Shown: piece by piece, positions 1-12,508 of the stretch | Position numbering within the stretch: the first letter of the stretch is position 1 | Layout of the letters: each line of letters begins with the position of its first letter | DNA from: Carcharhinus longimanus | Taxonomy: Eukaryota | NCBI GenBank assembly: GCA_030264375.1 | Contig: JASCQW010000081.1 | Coordinates: 53,313,614-53,377,613 of the forward strand | Direction: 5' to 3' | Length of the DNA: 64,000 nucleotides | The notes under the pieces: generated by a model | What the model was told of the DNA's origin: nothing | Databases searched by the model: none | Seen by the model: only the letters and a program-made list of their open reading frames with translations | Position numbers and translations under genes: made by a program

Positions 1-385
1 CCTGTCTAGTTTAAAGTCCCCCCAGTTGCCCTAGCCAACCTTCCTGCTGAGGTATTGGTCCCCCTGGGATTCAAGTGCCACCCGTCTTTATTGTACAGGT
101 CACACCTGCCCCTAAAGAGGCCCCAGTGATCCAGGAAGCTGAATCCCTGCCCCCTGCTCGAGTCCCTCAGCCATGCATTCATCCTCCACCTCATTCCATT
201 CCTGTTCTCAGTCTCCTGTGGTGCAGGCAGCAATCCCGAGATTACTACCTTCGCGTTCCTCTTTCTCAGCTGTCTACCTAATTCTCTATAATCCCTTTTC
301 ATGACCCCTTCCCTCTTCCTGCCTATGTCAGCAGTACCGATATGTACCACGACCTCCGGCTCCTCATCCCTCCCCTTTCAGGATG
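1..385 (-). mobile_element. CR1-type LINE ORF1 fragment (SGNH/esterase domain)
   Basis: ORF 6..350: VHIGTADIG...VVISGLLP...FLDHWGLF...DGWHLNPRGT, typical of CR1 ORF1 esterase. Confidence 0.85.
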
Positions 386-1057
386 TCTAGGATACGTCCC
401 TGGTTTGCTAGAAAATGGCACCCAGGTCATCAATTTGTTGTATTTTGGCAGGTGGTCTCTGATTCACCCATCCTGCTATCAAATCATCAGGTGCCTATAT
501 CATCAATTTGATGATTAGAAAGTGGGATGGGATGGGTGATTCAGAGGTCAAAGGTCAGCAATATGTCATGGAATGTGTGCCTGTTCTCTTGTACGTGTTG
601 CACTACATGGTGGGAAAGCTTGCCATTGCAGTAGGCACACTCTGCTGTTCTTTCCACCCAACATCAGCTTCATTGCATCAAAAAATACCTGATATTAAAT
701 TGGAGTTAAATTTGATTTCCACAATAAGTAAGCAGATCGTGGGTTTTTTCCTGGGTGGATTAATTATTATATCATAGATTTATCTCTTGGCTGATCTCAT
801 AGGAGGTCCCAATCCCCCCTCCTTCCCACTCAATGTTGACTTAAATTCAAAGAAACAGGTTAAAACCATCAAGTCCAGTATTCGTAATACATTGGATGCC
901 ATTCTGTGCCATGGTCAGAAGTATTCATGTGGAAAAATTTGCCCTTATTCAGTAATTAAGCAAGAGCCATCCCTTCAATTTGTACATTTTAAGTTACAAT
1001 TGCCCAACTCCAGTTCCGTTGTGTTGTGCCATATACCTATTAATTTGCAGTTCAACA

Positions 1058-1845
1058 AGAATAAGAACATAAGAAATAGGAGCGGGAGTAGGCCATCTAG
1101 CCCTTCGAGCCTGCCCCGCCATTCAGTAAGATCATGGNNNNNNNNNNNNNNNNNNNNNNNNNNNNNNNNNNNNNNNNNNNNNNNNNNNNNNNNNNNNNNN
1201 NNNNNNNNNNNNNNNNNNNNNNNNNNNNNNNNNNNNNNNNNNNNNNNNNNNNNNNNNNNNNNNNNNNNNNNNNNNNNNNNNNNNNNNNNNNNNNNNNNNN
1301 NNNNNNNNNNNNNNNNNNNNNNNNNNNNNNNNNNNNNNNNNNNNNNNNNNNNNNNNNNNNNNNNNNNNNNNNNNNNNNNNNNNNNNNNNNNNNNNNNNNN
1401 NNNNNNNNNNNNNNNNNNNNNNNNNNNNNNNNNNNNNNNNNNNNNNNNNNNNNNNNNNNNNNNNNNNNNNNNNNNNNNNNNNNNNNNNNNNNNNNNNNNN
1501 NNNNNNNNNNNNNNNNNNNNNNNNNNNNNNNNNNNNNNNNNNNNNNNNNNNNNNNNNAGTACTCCAGCTGCGGCCTCACCAGTGCCCTGTACAGTTGCAG
1601 CAAGACCTCCCTACTTTTATATTCTATCCCCCTCACTATAAAGGCCAACATTCCATCCGCCTTCTTGATCACCTGCAGACTGGGTTTTTTGTGCATAGGA
1701 CCCCAGGTCCCTCTGCACTGCAGTATGCTGCAGCTTTTCACCCTTTAAATAACAATCCTCCTCCTGATGTTTCTACCAAAGTGGATAACCTCACATTGGC
1801 TAACTCTATACTCCATCTGTCAGGTCCTTGCCCACTCATTCAGCC
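1058..1845 (-). mobile_element. Young CR1 LINE, 3' portion, spanning a gap
   Basis: RT C-terminal peptide KKADGMLAFIVRGIEYKSREVLLQLYRALVRPQLEY; 3' UTR with (TTCTTATG)-type tail shared with other copies in the window. Confidence 0.9.
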
Positions 1846-1861
1846 AAATGATTGCATCAAA

Positions 1862-2028
1862 GACAAAAAACGTGGAAAAATCTTGGCAGGCACAAGAACA
1901 TCTGTGGAGAGAGAACAGACCCGATGTTGGCTCTGTTCTCTGTCCACTGATGCTGTCAGACCTGTTGATATTCTACAGCATTTTCTATTTTGTTTTCAGA
2001 TTCCAGTATCTGCAGTATTTTGCCTTTG
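1862..2028. repeat. Short inverted-repeat element derived from Penelope-like terminal repeat
   Basis: ggagagagaacaga...tctgttctctgtcc hairpin; 3' part is the reverse complement of the PLE-end sequence at about 17050. Confidence 0.5.
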
Positions 2029-2198
2029 TCTTGAGAATGACTGCATGTGTCACATAAGGATAACTTTGTTATCACAAGCAAAAGTGGCATTGAGACTGAA
2101 ATTGGTTTAGATAGCGTTCTGTGGGAAATTGAATTGAATTTGCCAGCTATTTAAATGGACCAGAATGATTAAACTATTTATCTTGATCCTTTTCTCAG

Positions 2199-2351
2199 GT
2201 GACTGAAGAGGTACGGGCTGCAGTAGAATCTCGTCTTAAAGAGTCTGCTGAGTACCAGAGACAGTTGGAAAAGCGTATGTTGGAAGCTGAGAATGAGAAA
2301 CAAGCCCTCACTGATGAGAAACGGAAATCTATAGAAAACTTAGAACAACAG
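2199..2351 (+). CDS. TPR: TPR exon 1 in window: VTEEVRAAVESRLKESAEYQRQLEK...SIENLEQQ
   Basis: ttctcag|GTG ... CAG|gtatgg; 153 nt, phase 0/0. Confidence 0.95.
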
Positions 2352-2980
2352 GTATGGTCTTTTATTAGGAAATGGTATTCAACCATTGAAATGAATTGAC
2401 ATGCAATAAAAATGCTGTTAATTTGTCTCTTTATGGATGATATATTTGATAGAGGCAATAAGATGTTGATTTCAAACTGAGTTTTACAAAAAAACAAAAC
2501 AAAGAACATCCCAGCACGAGAAACAGGCCCTTCGGCCCAATGAGCCCGCGCCGCCGCATCTTCCCACACCTACCCCGCCCTGTGTGTATGTGAGTGNNNN
2601 NNNNNNNNNNNNNNNNNNNNNNNNNNNNNNNNNNNNNNNNNNNNNNNNNNNNNNNNNNNNNNNNNNNNNNNNNNNNNNNNNNNNNNNNNNNNNNNNTTCA
2701 TGACTCGCTAAAGCCACAAGGTACACTGCTCTGGAGAACAATGAGTTTTGTTTAGTGTTTGGATTTTATTTGCTTTCCTTACCATTAGATGTTTGAAAAA
2801 TGGGAGAATTAGGCCTTAGCTAAACAGCAAAGGTATTAACTGTACGTAAATAGATATCTCCAAATTAGTTTACGAAAATGATGCAAGAGCAAAGGTTAAA
2901 CATCAAAATAGGATTTGAATTTCTCTTTCAAACATTATAAATCACTTCGTTCATAATACTATATGATTCTATAAAGACAA

Positions 2981-3314
2981 ATCATAGAACCCTACAGTGC
3001 AGAAAGAGGCCCATCGAGTCTGCACTGAACATAATCCCGTCCAGGCTCTCCCCCATATCCCTATATATTTTACCCACTAATCCCTTTAACCTACACATCT
3101 CAGGACACTAAGGGGCATTTTTTTTAGCATGGCCAATCAACCTAACCTGCACATCTTTGGACTGTGGGAGGAAACAGGAACACCTGGAGAAAACCCACGC
3201 AGACATGAGGAGAACATGCAAACTCCACACAGACAGTGACCCAAACCGGGATTCGAACCCAGGTCCCTGGAGCTGTGAAGCAGTCGTGCTAACCATTGCG
3301 CTACCATGCCGCCC
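2981..3314 (-). mobile_element. tRNA-derived SINE (HE1/V-SINE-like)
   Basis: Minus-strand tRNA-like head with B box GGTTCGAATCC, core tgtggagtttgcatgttctc...cctcccacagtccaaagatgtgcaggttagg. Confidence 0.85.
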
Positions 3315-3316
3315 AC

Positions 3317-3583
3317 AAATAAACTTTATTTATTAGTCACAAGTACAGCTTACATTTATCACTGCAATGAAGTCACTGTGAAATTCCCCTAGTCGCCACA
3401 GACTGACATCTATTTGGGTCAATGCACCTAACCAGCACGTGTTTCAGAATGTGGGAGGAAATCGGAGCATTCAGGGGAAACCCATGCAGACATGGGGAGA
3501 ACGTGCAAACTCCTGGGGGCTGGGAGATCGAACCCGGGCCCCTGGCACTGTGAAGCAGCAATGCTAACTACTGTGCTATCATG
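3317..3583 (-). mobile_element. tRNA-derived SINE, second subfamily (different 3' tail)
   Basis: Same core; tail ...ttcattgcag...cttgtgactaataaataaa shared with 4175-4442. Confidence 0.8.
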
Positions 3584-3969
3584 TTACAAAATAGGGCTTT
3601 TGCTTAAAGCTTCAATATTGAGTTGTCTACAGGATGTGTGTAATCTTGCAAATAACCACCTTGTTTGCTAATATTGAAGTCATGAGTGCTGGAAATTAAT
3701 CACATGTTCAGCTTTGCCTTGTTTACCGTGGTTAATTTAGTATTTAAATCAAGTTTTATTATGCACAGCTAAAACTGGGCAGCAATAGGCTGATAAACAT
3801 TAAACATACTTGCCTTTTTTTAATAAAAAGTCCCTTGGTTCTTGTGATTTAACTCATTAAATACCTGTGCTTGAGGTCGTACTCAAAAGGCGATTGCAAT
3901 TTGCAAGAGCGAATTTTGATTTTGGGAACATCGAATTTGACCCTTTAATCTTTCTCTGAATTCAGTTAG

Positions 3970-4830
3970 ATCATGACTGATCATCTATCTCAATGCCTTT
4001 TCTTCTGCACTGCACTATCTCCAACTCCCTTAGTGTCGAGAAATATATCCATTTTTCCCTCTTGTCTGAGACATACTCAATGACTGAACTTTGAAAGCCT
4101 TCTGGGTTAGATAATTCTAAAGCTTCACCACATTTGAAGAAATCCCTCCTTGTCTCTGCCCTCAATGGCCCTCTGGGGCGGCACGGTAGCACAGTGGTTA
4201 GCATTGCTGTTTCTCAGTGCCGGAAACTCGGGTTCAATTCCCAGCTTGGGTCACTGTCTGTGTGGAGTTTGCATGTTCTCCCTGTGTCTGTGTATGGATT
4301 TCCTCTGGGTGCTTTGGTTTCCTCCCACATTCTGGAACCTGAACAGGCGTGCCGGACTGTGGTGACTGGGGGCGTTTCACAGTAACTTCATTGCAGCGTT
4401 TTAATGTAAGTTTTACTTGTGACTAATAAATAAACTTTACTTTTACTTATTTTGAGATGGTGTACCCCTGGTTCTAGAACTCCAGCCAAAGGAAACAGCA
4501 TCTACCTGTTGAGCCCTGTAGAATTTTGACAGAGATCATCTCTCACACTCCATAACTTGAGAAAATACAGGTCTGGTCCCCTCATCCCAGAAATTAGTCT
4601 GGTGAGCAAGCCTCAGGTGGACTCTGTGACAAGCATCTTTCCTTGGGTAAGGGGATCTAAACTGTTCACAGTATTCCAGATGCAGTCTCATCAAGATTCT
4701 ACACAATTGAAGCAAGACACCTTTGCTCCTGCACTGAAATCCTCTTGCAATAAAAGTCAGCAAACGATGTTCCAAATTGCTTGCTGCATCCGCATGTTAG
4801 TTTTGTGTCTTATGAACAAGAACACTTGAT
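3970..4830 (-). mobile_element. Old CR1 remnant interrupted by a SINE
   Basis: ORF 4536..4775 LTFIARGFQCRSKGVLLQLCRILMRLHLEYCEQFRSPYPRKD. Confidence 0.8.
4175..4442 (+). mobile_element. tRNA-derived SINE with Pol III A and B boxes
   Basis: A box TAGCACAGTGG 4187-4197, B box GGTTCAATTCC 4231-4241, V-SINE-like core. Confidence 0.88.
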
Positions 4831-5007
4831 TGTATGGTCATATGCTCCAATACATTTGCTTTGAAGTTGCATCTACTGATTTCTACATATTTAATCATCT
4901 CATTACATCTTTGACTATTATCAGCATAAAACTGGAAGATTGTGATTTGTTAGAGAAATTCAAGTAAATTTGTTCTAATGCAGTGTTTATTTTCCCAAAA
5001 ATTGCAG

Positions 5008-5124
5008 ACATCTGAACTAAGGAGGAATTTGAGCAGTCTCCAGGCTGAACTTCAGGATGCTGTTCAGCGAGCAGCAACTGCTGCAACCAATGAACAGCAA
5101 GCAAGGGCTGACTGTCAAGAACAG
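5008..5124 (+). CDS. TPR: TPR exon: TSELRRNLSSLQAELQDAVQRAATAATNEQQARADCQEQ
   Basis: ttgcag|ACA ... CAG|gtttgt; 117 nt. Confidence 0.95.
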
Positions 5125-5580
5125 GTTTGTATAGTTATAATGGAAGATGAGTTTACAGGATCTGCTTTGCCCTGTGTTGCTATAATAGTGGATGATGAAT
5201 GCTAAGAGTTCTTGTATGTTAGTTACTTCTCTACTTCCGGACCTGTTTCGAGGCAATCTAGGACCCATTTGTAAAAGACAAAATTATCAAAAGTGGTAAA
5301 TGCAGCACTGTTTACGGGTGGGTAAATTGAATGCTCGAAGGATCCAAAAAAAAGTGACAAGCTGAATCCAAAATTGATTCTGGCAGGAAACTAGGGCTAT
5401 GACCAGTTGATGTTTTTAAAGCTCGATATCTACACTAAGTAGGATTCCATAAGGCTCATTACCAGGTCGCTTGCTGTTGGTAATATCAGTAATTTAGCCT
5501 TGAATGTAAAGGGGCATGTTTAAGAAGGTTGCGTAATTTGATTGAGATGGTAAGAAAGAAATCTGGGTTGCACTAATATG

Positions 5581-5816
5581 ATGTGGAGATGCTGGTGTTG
5601 AACTGGGGTAAACACAGTAAGAANNNNNNNNNNNNNNNNNNNNNNNNNNNNNNNNNNNNNNNNNNNNNNNNNNNNNNNNNNNNNNNNNNNNNNNNNNNNN
5701 NNNNNNNNNNNNNNNNNNNNNNNTGTTAGTAGACACACCATCTACTCAAGCTTGTGAGTTGACTATCAAATAAATCGGTTGGACTTAAACCTGGTGTTGT
5801 CAGACTTCTTACTGTA
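5581..5816. mobile_element. Penelope-like terminal-repeat-derived insertion with inverted ends and 13-bp target-site duplication, inside an old CR1 remnant
   Basis: TTGCACTAATATG at 5568-5580 and 5817-5829; ends match elements at 29465 and 57836. Confidence 0.7.
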
Positions 5817-6646
5817 TTGCACTAATATGTCAATGGACTAGACTGGTGAGCAGAAAAGTGGTATCTGGAATTGAAATTCTGCAAGCGTGAGAATGCGTTT
5901 ATGGACGATAGACAAGGTAAAGGAGTGCACAATAAATGGTAGGATTCTGAAGAGTAACAGGGATTTTGGAATGCATTTTCACAGAATCCTGACAGTAGCA
6001 GGACCTGTGGGTTAGGTGGTAGCAAATAGTAGACTTTCCAAGATTGACCAAGGCCTAGAGTGTAAATAGATTTTGTTAGATAAAACACCAGACCACAGCT
6101 GAAATACAAGTAGAGTTCTAGTCACTGTTACAGGAAGGATGTAATTGCATAATGCAAAGAAGAAATTTTAAGGATGTTGCCAGGAATGGTGAGTTTTAGC
6201 TATGAGGAAAGATCAGATAGGTAAAATTGAAGAGACCTAAATAGAGTGCACGGATGACACCTAGTTCTGTTAAGAAGCATGAGCTTAAAATTATTGCTGG
6301 AAGGATTCGAGGGAAGATGAAGAGTAATTTTACAGGCTATGTGGCTAGACTTCACTGCTGTCAAAGGTAATATCGCGTAAATCCTCATTGCATTAAAAAA
6401 GATTAGTGCATTTGAAGTGATGTAACCAATAAGGGCTACAGGTCAAGAGCAGGAAGGTGCGATATCTTTCTATGCCATATATCTTTGTGTTTCCAATACT
6501 TAACAGTGTGGTATGGTGTTTGAAAATGTGAATTTCACGTTGAAGAAAGAACTTGGCACTCAAAAACTGTTTTAATTAAAACGGATAAGATACCTGCCAC
6601 TTGCATGGAAATTTTAAATCTCATATGGGTTTCTTTCCTCTGCTAG

Positions 6647-6850
6647 GCAAGGATGGCTTCTGAAGCACAGAATAAGTATGAACGTGAGCTGATGCTGCAT
6701 GCTGCTGATGTTGAAGCATTGCAGATTGCCAAAGACCAAGTATCCATGAACTCCCAAGTACGACAAAAATTGGAAGATGCTGCTCAGAAGGCTGAAACAC
6801 AGATGTTGGAGTATAAGACTGCGAAGGATGATCTTGAAAGAATATTGAAG
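6647..6850 (+). CDS. TPR: TPR exon: [26 protein letters not shown]...LERILK
   Basis: tgctag|GCA ... AAG|gtaact; 204 nt; TPR/MLP1 hallmark motif [15 protein letters not shown]. Confidence 0.97.
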
Positions 6851-7947
6851 GTAACTGCTTTGTTTCCAGTCATGTGTAAATTTTCTCTGTATGTCCATCT
6901 GGCTTGAAGAATGTGTATCAAGATCTCGTCTTGATCCGTTCCTTTTGCTTCCAGAAGGGCACTTCTAAAACAGTCATGAGTAATGCCTACACAACTTAAG
7001 ACGTAGTGTGTGCCATGTATGTTTAATCTCATCACTTCAACTCAATCCTCTACCATACTAGTTTAAATCCTCCTTTTTTATTTAGTCTCTCTGCATGATG
7101 GTTAGTACAATTTAATATTATAAATCTGTCTCTTGGTTGTAACTTTGCTTTTCTTGAAATTGGCCCAGTGCTGAGAGAGTGCTTCCTTCGTTTTCTGCAT
7201 CAGCCCTGCTGCCACAGTTTGAATTTTTTCATCTAAAATATGGCACAGGAAGTGATTCGCACAGCAATGGCTCTATTATAGCTACAGGATATACTGCAGC
7301 AACTCAGCAAAGCTTTAACAACCCTGGCCCGCTATCAGAATCATCTAGAAGAACCAGGACAGCCTGTGCAACTAACACAATCCCAGTTGCATGCTATCCT
7401 GACTAGGGCTGTTGCTATTTCTTCACTGCACCTGCGTCTCTTGGAATACACTGGCAGCATTATTCACCACATGAATTGCAGTGGTTCATTGACACCATCA
7501 CCATCTTTGAAGGACAACTCGGAATGGACTGTAAATACTGATCTTGTGCTAAGCATGTGTTCTAAGATTGAATTTATTCACATAAATCATAGAATCCCTA
7601 CAGTGTAGGAGGTGGCCATTCAGCCTATGAAATCTGCAGCACTCAATTATCAATCCTGCTTTTGTGGCTTCATGAGAAACGTACTCTTAATGCCCATTCA
7701 TCAATAAGACCAAAAACAAGTTATTCCCTGGCTTCATCCTGTGTTATTCTCATAGGCCATTGAATGTTGGGATAAATATTCCAACTTTCTGCAAGGAACA
7801 TTTACACCTAATGTTGTCTACGTTTCATGGGAATGGGGCAAATGCATTGTTGAAGAATTTATAAACTGAACAGTACTTTACAGAGTTGACTGCAACTGGA
7901 AAACTCTTAAAAGCTATCATTAATTCTTTTTATAATATTTTGATTAG

Positions 7948-8132
7948 GATGAAATTTCTAAGCTGACAACTCGTTGTGAGGATCTGCAGAAACAGAACAA
8001 ACTCTTGCTTGAGCAAGTGGAGAGTCTTAGTAACAAGATGGTAACCACTGTGCATGAAGCAAGTCAAAGCTCCTTGAATATCTCTTTTAATGAGGAGGGA
8101 AAGTCCCAGGAGCAACTACTTGAAATTTTGAG
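7948..8132 (+). CDS. TPR: TPR exon: [20 protein letters not shown]...[13 protein letters not shown](R)
   Basis: gattag|GAT ... AG|gtaact; 185 nt, phase 0/2. Confidence 0.95.
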
Positions 8133-8909
8133 GTAACTAAAATGAGTTTGTCATTGAAATTATGCAAGTCAAAAATGCCCAGAAACTCTGTACTTGCTTA
8201 GTTTACCTTTGTCCCATTTTATTCAAAATTTAATTATGATATTCCCAGAAAACTTTCTTAGCAGCAGAAGGAATGGTGATGGGGAGAGGGAAGGATAAGA
8301 AATATGCATTGTTGGTACAATTTCAATACTGGACCTTTTTTCCACTTTTGTTAATTTAGTTAATACATCCTGTGACGGTTGTCCCTAGATTAGGTGAATG
8401 AATCAATCAGAATTTCATGCTAAATAGTTGTTTTACAGTTATTAGATTATGTAGGTTGGTTATATTGTTATGCAGTTTTTGCAATTCACTTTGTGTGCTG
8501 TAAGTAACCAACTAAAATGCTGGTATTTCTGCACATCTCTCAAATCTGTGTCTTGCTGGGGTTATTATTAAGTGTGGGATCAGGTTCCATGTGTTTGCCC
8601 AGCTCCACCTCCCCACTACATCTCTTGAAATCTCCTGCTTGTTTGACATCCAATCGCTACTTAGTGGGATGATTGGATGCATCATCCTTGGCCCTTAGCA
8701 CAAACTATAACTTGTGCCACAGATTCCACCTCCTGCCCTGCTTTTGGCACAGCCTGAGCAAGGCTGCAAGAATCCTTGGCGTTCTGTTCTATCTTGAGCT
8801 CAGTTCATATATCCATTGCACTGACCACCTACTGCTTCTGTAACATCATCTGCCACTATCATACCCATTGGCACCGAAGTACTCTTTATATTTTTTTCAC
8901 CTGCAGAAT

Positions 8910-10208
8910 TAACCAATGCCATGCTTTCCTGGCTGGCCTCTTGTAATATCCATTGCAAGCCCACTGACTCCCATAGCTATCTGGACTACAGCTCTTGGCA
9001 CCCTACATCCTGTAAGGACTCCATTCCTGTCTCTCAGCTCCTTTGCCCCCGTTGCATTTGTTCCAATGATGCCACTTTTCAAAGTGATGCTTCTAATATG
9101 TGCTCTTTCTTCCTCAACCATGGTTTCCCACCTACAGTTGTCAACAGGGCCCTCAACAGCATGTGGCCAATCTCCCACGGCATGACTCTGACCCCCTTCC
9201 TTCCTTACCAGAACAAGGATAGAGTCCTTGTTTTCATATTTCATCCCAATAGCCTCCACCTGTAAAGCATAATCCTCCACCATTTTTGTCAACTGCAGTG
9301 TGATGCCACCACCAAACACATCTTCCCCTCATCTCCTCTATCAGCATTCTGCAGACACTGTTCCCTTTGGGATAACCCAGTCCACTCCTCCACTATACCC
9401 AACACTCATGGCACCTTCTCATGTAATTGCAGAAGGTATAACACCTGCCACATCGCCTCTTCCATGCTTACTATCCAACGTCCAAAGCACACATTCCAGG
9501 TTAAGCAGTATATCATTTGCACCTCCTTCAATTTGGTCTTCTGCATTCACTGCCCCCAGTGTGGTCTCCTCTATAATCGGAGAGACCAAACATAGACTGG
9601 GTATGGTTTTGCTGAGCGATTTCGGTCTATGCGTAGTCAGGACCCTAACTTTACGGTTACTTGCCATTTTAACACACAATCCTGCTCCCACACCCATGTG
9701 TCTGTCCTTGGCCTGCTGCAATGTTCCAGGGAAGCTAAATGCAAGCTGGGTGAGCAGTATCTAAATCTTCAGGCTAGGCATGCAACTTCCGATCCCAACG
9801 TTGAATTCAACAACTTCAGATGATTAGCTCTACCCCACCTCGATCCCATTGTTTTAGTTTTCTTTTCATTTTTAACTGTTCTCCATTTTTTTATTTGTCT
9901 TTATTTATTTTACTTCCCTCCCATTCTTTCCCCTGTTTTATCCCCACTTTCCTTACCTTTTCTCCCTCTTGCCTCCTTTTTGTCAACTTTACCCATTCCC
10001 CCCTCCCCCCACATCGTTTGTTACAGCTTCCCTGCTGTTTGGCCTTTCATGCCTTCTATTTTCCTGATGGACTGCCCTTAGCAGCCTTTCCCCTTGTTTC
10101 TGTGGCTATGACTCATCTTTCATTCCCTCACCCTTCAGTATAAATATCTCCCACTTTCTATGCCTTTTAGCTTTGACAAAGGGTTAACTGGACATGAAAC
10201 ATCAGCTC
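8910..10208 (+). mobile_element. Penelope-like retroelement (RT C-terminus, GIY-YIG endonuclease, terminal repeat), degenerate
   Basis: HCKPTDSHSYLDYSSWHPTSCKDSIPVSQL; IIGETKHRLG motif; decayed hammerhead motif at 10169-10207. Confidence 0.85.
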
Positions 10209-10212
10209 TTTT

Positions 10213-10522
10213 AGAACATAAGAACATAAGAAATAGGAGCAGGAGCAGGCCATCTAGCCCTTCGAGCCTGCCCCACCATTCAATAAGATNNNNNNNNNNN
10301 NNNNNNNNNNNNNNNNNNNNNNNNNNNNNNNNNNNNNNNNNNNNNNNNNNNNNNNNNNNNNNNNNNNNNNNNNGTGAAGAAGTTCCTCCTCAACTCCGTT
10401 CTAAACTGCACCCCCCTTATCTTGAGGCTGTGCCCTCTAGTCCTGCTGTCTTTTCTGAGCGGGAAGAATCTCTCTACCTCTACCCTATCCATCTCCTTCA
10501 TTATCTTGTACGTCTCTATAAG
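10213..10522 (-). mobile_element. Young 5'-truncated CR1 copy
   Basis: MKEMDRVEVERFFPLRKDSRTRGHSLKIRGVQFRTELRRNFF plus CR1 3' tail. Confidence 0.88.
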
Positions 10523-10663
10523 AGACGCATCTATAAGAGACGTATTATCTTATACGTCTCTATTACGAGCTTAGTCACATTTGCCGTTTTCTTTGATCTA
10601 CATTCTATTCCCCATATAATTGGGCTTTTTAAAATATTCAACTTGCTGCTTAAGTTGCTCAGT

Positions 10664-10872
10664 AGAATAGAATCCCTACAGTGCAGAAAGAGGCCATTTG
10701 GCCCATCAAGAGTGCATCAACGCTGATCCCCTGACAGGCAATTTTTCATGACCAATCCACCTAACCTGCACATTTTTGGATTGTGGGAGGCACCCGGAGG
10801 AAACAGACACAAGAAAAACATGCAAACTTGCACACAGACAGTGACACAAGGCCAGAATTGAACTTAGGTCCA
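10664..10872 (-). mobile_element. SINE remnant (HE1/V-SINE-like)
   Basis: ccaatccacctaacctgcacatttttggattgtgggagg core. Confidence 0.75.
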
Positions 10873-11463
10873 CCTTGCCGTGGATCAGTCTTTCACTGAT
10901 CCACCAACTCTATGGCACCTTCATTTTCAGCCTCCTGCTCAGATACGTCAAACTCCCAATTCCTTCTGAATTTACCTTCTACATCTTTTTTGAGGTTCTG
11001 TGTCCCTTGAAAATGAAAACGCTAATGGTGTGAGTTGGGTGATACTTGGTCTCGGCCCACTTAATTTTCAATATCATGAAAGCTTCATGTGTCTCTATCC
11101 AAACAAAAATGTCCATGGGCCCAAAGATTCCTTGTTTTCTGCTCCCTCCTGCACACATGTCCCCGTTTGGTTACTGATGTCTTTCAGGTATCCCTCATCG
11201 CCTCCCACCTTGCTTTGCTGGGTATTTGGTCTAGTTATGCTATTTCAAAATTCTGTTGCATATTGCCTTTAATGTTACTAAATATTTAGGGCCATCAACT
11301 GTTCAGGAATGTTAAACATATTTTCAGTTTGTATTGCTATCTGCCAGAGTTGGATATAGTCATCATGCACTTAACTGAACGTAAACCTATAATAGAGGTT
11401 GAGATGCTAAAGCGTCGTCAATGCTTGGAAAGGATTTCAAATCTGCAAATATATACATCTTAG

Positions 11464-11611
11464 ATTTGTGCGAAGAGAAAGAGAAATTGCAGAAACAAGA
11501 TTTGAAGTTGCCCAAGTTGAATCACTGCGATATCGTCAGCGAGTGGAGAATTTAGAGAGAGATTTGAAGGAAGTGCAGGAAAGCCTCAACTCCGAAAGGG
11601 AAAAGGTGCAG
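11464..11611 (+). CDS. TPR: TPR exon: [28 protein letters not shown]...EREKVQ
   Basis: tcttag|A TTT ... CAG|gtaagt; 148 nt, phase 2/0. Confidence 0.96.
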
Positions 11612-11934
11612 GTAAGTAAACCAACCTGAATTGCTTTAATTCTCTAGCTAAGATTTTGATCTAAGGGTAGTTACTTGTAAACCATGAAGCTGGAATATTG
11701 CCAAGCACCTGGCATTTCAAATGTGGGTCTTATACAGCAAATGTACTTGATTGAAATGTATTTTGAACATTGAAACAAATTTGTTTTTTACCTTTGCTCC
11801 ATAAGATTTAATACAGTAATGAATCCAAACAGTTGTTTACTGACCTTAAGTTATATAGTTTGGAGTAGTTTTTATTTTCAACAAAAATAACAATTTGTTC
11901 ATACATTCAGTTGTTGGCTTGAATGTCTTTTCAG

Positions 11935-12072
11935 GTAACTGCCAAAACACTGGCCCAACACGATGAGCTAATGAAGAAAACTGAGACCATGAATGTTCTA
12001 ATTGAGACGAATAAGATGCTGAGAGATGAAAAAGAGAGGCTGGAGCAAGAACTCCAGCAGTCGCGAGCAAAG
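11935..12072 (+). CDS. TPR: TPR exon: [46 protein letters not shown]
   Basis: tttcag|GTA ... AAG|gtctgt; 138 nt. Confidence 0.96.
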
Positions 12073-12430
12073 GTCTGTATACTTTCTAGATTTAAAAATC
12101 CAATGCATTTTCCTGTGTAGAGTTACAGGAATTTATTATGGATTTCCATTATCATGGAACTAATTAATTTGGTAATTTTGAAGATTATTAAAAGTAAAAA
12201 TTCTGCTGGTGACAAAATGGATGGCCAATACAGTTTTGCTATATGGCTCTTTTACCACCCTCGCCACCCAGTAATTTTCTTTGTATTGACTTAATGTTTA
12301 CATTATGCAGCAGTTTACATTATAGCAGTTTATCAACCAGTCAAAATGCTTTCACCTTTTAATGAACCAAACGTGCTTCAATGTGCACAATAGATGCAGT
12401 TGAATGTTTTCTCTCACTGGNNNNNNNNNN

Positions 12431-12508
12431 CATACTTGTCTGGTTGAAAACTGACAGCCCAGCTGGACAGAGCTGTACCGCTTTGAGCAATGGCTCTCTG
12501 GAATAGAC
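12431..12508 (-). pseudogene. NLGN1: Isolated neuroligin-1-like exon fragment ([26 protein letters not shown]) with its own 3' splice site, truncated at a 10-N gap
   Basis: Minus strand tgtgtctttgtcctcag|GT CTA TTC CAG AGA GCC ATT GCT CAA AGC GGT...; peptide nearly identical to recalled vertebrate NLGN1 [26 protein letters not shown]. Confidence 0.8.

Noticed and set aside
787-1748. Long ORFs (204-284 aa) in the track
   Set aside because: Length comes from N runs; the flanks are CR1 sequence
4175-4245. tRNA-like A and B boxes
   Set aside because: SINE heads rather than tRNA genes: no full cloverleaf, and they continue into the SINE core
12431-12508. Functional nested neuroligin gene inside TPR
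   Set aside because: Only 26 codons of a normally long exon; no continuation past the gap and no other neuroligin exons seen
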